39,292 nt of DNA from a bacterium. GTDB taxonomy: Bacteria > Thermosulfidibacterota > Thermosulfidibacteria > Thermosulfidibacterales > JALWSI01. The stretch's first letter is position 1. Every line of letters begins with the position of its first letter. Shown here piece after piece: positions 35,680 through 39,292 of the stretch. The stretch is from positions 1 through 39,292 of the forward strand of contig JALWSI010000222.1 in the NCBI GenBank assembly GCA_027080315.1, read 5' to 3'. A model generated the notes under the pieces. That model did not search any database. It was given only the letters and a program-made list of their open reading frames with translations, and was not told the origin of the DNA. Made by a program: the position numbers and the translations under genes.

Positions 35680-36356
35680 TTTTGGCTCCCAACACCCCAA
35701 TAAAGACGCTTTGGAAGGTAATTTTGATTCTCCTTCTCTCCTTAGCTTTGACACAACCAGCGGGGGCCAGAACCCGCAGCGGTTACATATACCACAAGGT
35801 TAAAAAAGGAGAGACCCTCTACCGGATTGCCAAAAGATACGGGGTCTCTTTGAAAGAGATAATGAGAGTGAACAGAATAAAAGACCCCAAGAGGGTGAGG
35901 GTTGGTAGGGTGCTGGCCATCCCAAAGAAGAGAAAAAGTTCCTATAAAAGCTCTTCAATCCAAGGTGCCAAAACCCAGAAAAAACGCGGCCACAGCACCA
36001 GAACAAAGAAGGGAGAGTTCATCCTCCCAGGAAGGGTGCTCCTGATGAATCCTGGAACCAACCACGGCCTTGACCTGAAGCTGGCAGGGGGCATAGTGAG
36101 GGCCGCAGGGGACGGTAAAGTGGCCTATTGCGCCTCTGCCATATCTATGGTGGGGTACTCCTCCCTCTTGATCATTCAACACGAAGGAGGGTTTGAGACC
36201 GTTTACGCAGGAAGCAACGTGGAGTGGACAAAGAAAAAAGGAGAATGGGTGATGCAGGGAGAAATCATAGGAATCACAAAGAACGGATATCCATTACACT
36301 TTGAGATCAGACGAAAGGGTCAACCTGTTTCTGCCCTTAGATACCTGAAAAGGTGA
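35676..36356 (+). CDS. Secreted LysM-domain protein with degenerate LytM (M23) domain, NlpD-like
   Basis: Signal peptide ending PAGA. LysM domain YHKVKKGETLYRIAKRYGVSLKEIMRVNRIKDPKRVRVGRVLAIP. The C-terminal M23 fold has NHGLD, VYAGS and PLHFEIR where active enzymes have HxGxD, YxHL and HLHFE. GTGA overlap with the upstream stop. Confidence 0.8.
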   Translation: MILAPNTPIKTLWKVILILLLSLALTQPAGARTRSGYIYHKVKKGETLYRIAKRYGVSLKEIMRVNRIKDPKRVRVGRVLAIPKKRKSSYKSSSIQGAKTQKKRGHSTRTKKGEFILPGRVLLMNPGTNHGLDLKLAGGIVRAAGDGKVAYCASAISMVGYSSLLIIQHEGGFETVYAGSNVEWTKKKGEWVMQGEIIGITKNGYPLHFEIRRKGQPVSALRYLKR

Positions 36357-36369
36357 GAGAGGAGATAGC

Positions 36370-37680
36370 ATGAGAGTAACGGTTATCGGTGCAGGCTACG
36401 TGGGGTTGGTCACTGCAGCGGGATTTGCTGAGTTTGGTAACGAGGTGATCTGCGTTGACAAGGTGAAAGAGAAGATAGACACCTTGAACCGGGGTGAGAT
36501 CCCATTTTACGAGCCTGGACTCAAAGAGCTTGTTGAGAAGGGCACCAAAGACCAACGACTGGAGTTCACCCAGGACATAGATAGGGCCATAAAAGAGGCC
36601 TTGGTGATATTCATAGCCGTGGGAACCCCTCCCAGAGGAGATGGAGGAGCAGACCTCTCCCACGTGGAAGAGGTGGCGAGAACTATAGCCAAGAACCTCA
36701 ACGACTACAAAGTGGTGGTCACAAAAAGCACCGTGCCTGTAGGCACAGGAGACAAGATAGAGGCCATAATTGAAGAGACCAAAAAGGGAGAGGTGGAGTT
36801 TGACGTAGCTTCAAACCCCGAATTTCTCAGAGAGGGCTCGGCGGTTTACGACTTCCTTCACCCCGACAGGGTGGTGATAGGAACCGAAAGCGACTCGGCG
36901 CGGGCCATCTTAAGAGATCTCTACCGCCCTCTCTACTTAAGGGACACCCCCTTCGTCTTCACCACCAGAAAGACCTCTGAGCTAATCAAGTACGCTTCAA
37001 ACTCTTTCCTCGCCATGAAGATCTCATTCATCAACGAGATTGCCAACCTATGCGACCTGGTTGACGCCGATGTTCACGTAGTAGCCAAGGGAATGGGGTT
37101 GGATGGAAGAATAGGCCCCAAGTTTCTGCATCCCGGACCGGGATACGGAGGTTCCTGCTTTCCCAAGGACACCATGGCCTTGCGCAAGATAGCAGAGGAG
37201 GTAGGCTACCACTTTAAACTGGTGAACTCCACAATAGAGGTGAACCAGCAACAGCGAGAGGTGGCGGTAAAGAAGATAGAAGAGGCTGCCGGAAGCTTGA
37301 AAGGGAAGACCGTCGCCCTGCTGGGACTCTCGTTCAAGCCCAACACCGACGACATCAGAGAGTCTCCAGCTGTGGACATAGCCCTCAGACTCCTTGAAAG
37401 AGGGGCAAAGATAAGGGCCTTTGATCCAGCAGCGATGAAGACCGCGAGCGAGGTTCTTAAAGATAAAGGAGAGGTGCTCTACGCAAAGGACTCATACAAC
37501 GCAGCAGAAGGGGCTGACCTTCTGGTGGTTGCCACAGAATGGAACCAGTTTAGAAACCTGAACTTAGAGCGGTTAAAAGAATCCCTTAAAGAGCCTGTTG
37601 TTGTTGACCTTCGCAACATTTACGAGCCGGAGAAGATGAAGTCCTTAGGGTTCAAATACTGGGGCATGGGAAGGAGATGA
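36370..37680 (+). CDS. ugd: UDP-glucose 6-dehydrogenase
   Basis: MRVTVIGAGYVGLVTAAGFAEFGNEVICVD (NAD-binding Rossmann motif). Catalytic region GYGGSCFPKDT. C-terminal UDP-binding LGLSFKPNTDDIRESPA. Confidence 0.93.
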   Translation: MRVTVIGAGYVGLVTAAGFAEFGNEVICVDKVKEKIDTLNRGEIPFYEPGLKELVEKGTKDQRLEFTQDIDRAIKEALVIFIAVGTPPRGDGGADLSHVEEVARTIAKNLNDYKVVVTKSTVPVGTGDKIEAIIEETKKGEVEFDVASNPEFLREGSAVYDFLHPDRVVIGTESDSARAILRDLYRPLYLRDTPFVFTTRKTSELIKYASNSFLAMKISFINEIANLCDLVDADVHVVAKGMGLDGRIGPKFLHPGPGYGGSCFPKDTMALRKIAEEVGYHFKLVNSTIEVNQQQREVAVKKIEEAAGSLKGKTVALLGLSFKPNTDDIRESPAVDIALRLLERGAKIRAFDPAAMKTASEVLKDKGEVLYAKDSYNAAEGADLLVVATEWNQFRNLNLERLKESLKEPVVVDLRNIYEPEKMKSLGFKYWGMGRR

Positions 37681-37692
37681 GAGGTGTTTGTT

Positions 37693-37980
37693 ATGGGTAA
37701 CCTTTTAAGAGCAATAGCTCAGATCATCAACATGGTGCTCAACATATACATGTGGATAGTGATCATCGCAGCCCTGATCTCCTGGGTGAATCCTGATCCC
37801 TACAATCCCATTGTGAGATTCCTCTACCGCGCCACAGAACCCGTCTTTCAGAGGGTACGCCGGTTCATTCCCCCCATGGGAGGAATAGACCTCTCGCCCT
37901 TAGTGGTTCTCTTGGCCATATACTTCCTTCAGTACTTCCTGGTTACCACCCTGCTGCAGCTCTCAGTGCGACTGGGATGA
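37693..37980 (+). CDS. yggT: YggT-family membrane protein
   Basis: About 95 aa with two TM helices. Contains WIVIIAALISWVNPDPYNPIVRFLYRATEPVFQRVRRFIPPMGGIDLSPLV, the YggT signature. ATG 37693 is preferred over GTG 37684. Confidence 0.8.
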   Translation: MGNLLRAIAQIINMVLNIYMWIVIIAALISWVNPDPYNPIVRFLYRATEPVFQRVRRFIPPMGGIDLSPLVVLLAIYFLQYFLVTTLLQLSVRLG

Positions 37981-38276
37981 GCCATCCTGCATGGATTGAG
38001 AACCATCCTCAAGGGATAGTGCTACTGGTGAAGGTACAGCCCAGATCCTCTAAAGCAGGAATAGGAGGAGAGATAGGCGGAAGGCTAAAGATAAAGCTAA
38101 GCTCTCCCCCGATTGAAGGAAAGGCCAACAAAGAGCTCATTGAGCTGGTGGCAAAGAGATTGAAGATAGCAAAGTCTGCCGTATCTCTGGTTAAAGGGGA
38201 AAAGGGGAAAGAGAAGAGTCTTCTCTGCAAAGGAATCTCTCCCCAAGAAGCGGCAGAGCTTTTAGGAGGTGGTTAA
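37977..38276 (+). CDS. DUF167 (YggU) family protein
   Basis: LLVKVQPRSSKAGIGGEIGGRLKIKLSSPPIEGKANKELIELVAKRLKIAKSAVSLVKGEKGKEK is the DUF167 pattern. ATGA overlap with yggT, the conserved yggT-yggU pairing. Confidence 0.8.
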   Translation: MSHPAWIENHPQGIVLLVKVQPRSSKAGIGGEIGGRLKIKLSSPPIEGKANKELIELVAKRLKIAKSAVSLVKGEKGKEKSLLCKGISPQEAAELLGGG

Positions 38277-39292
38277 GCTGTTCTCTCCTCTCAAGTTCAA
38301 CAAGGGTGTTCTTGAGCTACTGGACCAGAGGCTCCTCCCTCACAAGCAGGAGTGGGTGAGATGTGTCACACCTCAGGAGGTGGCCAAGGCCATAAAAGAG
38401 ATGGTTGTGAGAGGTGCCCCTGCCATTGGAATAGCCGCCGCCTTTGGAATGGCCATAGCCCTGAACGAAAGGGAGAACTGGTCAAAGGAAGAGGCCTTTG
38501 AGGCCCTACGGACAGCCAAGGTTTCCTTAGCCTCAAGCCGTCCCACAGCGGTTAACCTCTTCTGGGCCCTTGACCGAATCATGGCCGTTGTAGAGAAAAG
38601 CGAAGACGTGAAGGCTGCTGTGACAGAAGAGGCCTTCAAGATCTGGGAGGAGGACAAGAGGCAGAACCTCGCCATAGGGGAGAACGGTGGCAGACTGCTG
38701 AAGATAGAATCAAGGATTTTGACCCATTGCAACGCAGGGGCTTTGGCCACAGGAGGATACGGAACAGCCCTTGGAGTTATACGGTGGGGATTCTCTCAGG
38801 GCAGGGTATCAAAGGTGTGGGTTGACGAAACCCGTCCCCTGCTTCAGGGAGCCAGACTCACAGCCTGGGAGCTGGCCAAGGAGGGCATCCCCCATACTCT
38901 CATCACGGACAACATGGCAGGATGGCTGATGCAAAAGGGAGAGGTGGACGCGGTTGTGGTTGGAGCAGACCGAATCACAAAGCGAGGGTTTGTGGCAAAC
39001 AAGATAGGCACCTACTCTCTGGCGGTACTTGCCCACCACCACGGTATCCCCTTCTACGTTGCGGCACCCACCTCAACCATAGACTGGAAGATAGAGGACG
39101 GCAAAGAGATCCCCATAGAAGAGAGGGAAGAGAAAGAGGTCTCATCCTGCATGGGCAGAGCAACAGCCCCAAAGGCAACTCCTACCTACAATCCCGCTTT
39201 TGACGTCACCCCTCCAGAGCTCATTACAGCAATAATCACTGAAAAAGGGGTGGTGTTCAGTCCTCACCAAACCGGTCTTCAAACCATAGAGG
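38269..39292 (+). CDS. mtnA: S-methyl-5-thioribose-1-phosphate isomerase (eIF-2B alpha/beta/delta family); the 3' end runs off the window
   Basis: My translation reads VVKLFSPLKFNKGVLELLDQRLLPHKQEWVRCVTPQEVAKAIKEMVVRGAPAIGIAAAFG...RPTAVNLFWAL...ILTHCNAGALATGGYGTALGVIR...VDETRPLLQGARLTAWEL...ITDNMAG...VVVGADRI...ANKIGTYSLAVLAHHHGIPFYVAAP...NPAFDVTP. It is not in the ORF track because it has no stop in the window. The only in-frame start after the upstream stop is GTG 38269. Confidence 0.88.
   Translation, partial: MVKLFSPLKFNKGVLELLDQRLLPHKQEWVRCVTPQEVAKAIKEMVVRGAPAIGIAAAFGMAIALNERENWSKEEAFEALRTAKVSLASSRPTAVNLFWALDRIMAVVEKSEDVKAAVTEEAFKIWEEDKRQNLAIGENGGRLLKIESRILTHCNAGALATGGYGTALGVIRWGFSQGRVSKVWVDETRPLLQGARLTAWELAKEGIPHTLITDNMAGWLMQKGEVDAVVVGADRITKRGFVANKIGTYSLAVLAHHHGIPFYVAAPTSTIDWKIEDGKEIPIEEREEKEVSSCMGRATAPKATPTYNPAFDVTPPELITAIITEKGVVFSPHQTGLQTIE

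Noticed and set aside
1-39292. I looked for CRISPR repeats, IS or transposase ends, integrase or phage genes next to the four tRNA genes, toxin-antitoxin pairs and known defence-gene signatures. The DinG-like helicase and the SLOG-like TIGR00725 protein were the only candidates.
   Set aside because: - There are no regularly spaced repeats.
- There is no recombinase or transposase ORF.
- tRNA flanks are occupied by housekeeping genes with tight spacing.
- The helicase is translationally coupled to nadD/GT2.
- TIGR00725 is translationally coupled to an nlpD-like gene.
- No nuclease, effector or sensor partners are present, so a defence-island interpretation is unsupported.

Overview
This is a dense (about 95% coding) chromosomal core segment of a Gram-negative bacterium. 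It is probably a thermophilic anaerobe: proteins are Glu/Lys/Arg-rich, Arg codons are AGG/AGA, and many genes have 1-8 nt start/stop overlaps. The lineage guess is Aquificota- or Thermodesulfobacteriota-like, at low confidence. All identifications come from reading the translated ORFs and recognising motifs; no database search was possible.

I call 41 CDS and 4 tRNA genes, all with encoded CCA. I see no rRNA, CRISPR array, IS/transposase, integrase, prophage or recognisable defence genes.

Gene content in order:
- tlyA (partial), csrA, fliW
- archaeal-type phosphoglycerate mutase
- heme-c/PAS hybrid histidine kinase
- PHP phosphoesterase, TPR protein, iorAB
- Fe-alcohol dehydrogenase
- three tandem GT4 glycosyltransferases
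- alr, CCG-type Fe-S oxidoreductase, maf
- a very Cys-rich exported mini-protein
- rodA, mrdA, mutS2, yqeY
- csp, tRNA-Phe
- an 8.5-kb translationally coupled string: methyltransferase, GT2, DinG-like helicase, nadD, rsfS, LapA/LapB-like fusion, pilC, tauE
- acyl-CoA ligase
- tRNA-Leu, tRNA-Pro, surE, pcm, tRNA-Pro, TIGR00725 protein, degenerate LysM/LytM protein
- ugd, yggT, DUF167, mtnA (partial)

The window is mostly ordinary housekeeping DNA, and I did not find a multi-gene novel system. The one element I cannot assign to any family I know is the exported 112-aa protein at 16250..16588. It has 24 cysteines and sits between rodA and maf. Secondary curiosities are:
- a FliW-CsrA pair with no flagellar neighbours
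- a LapA-LapB fusion
- an uncharacterised ~215-aa N-terminal domain on a SAM methyltransferase
- an enterobacterial-style surE-pcm-nlpD locus interrupted by a tRNA-Pro and a TIGR00725 gene
- an unresolved mutS2 start
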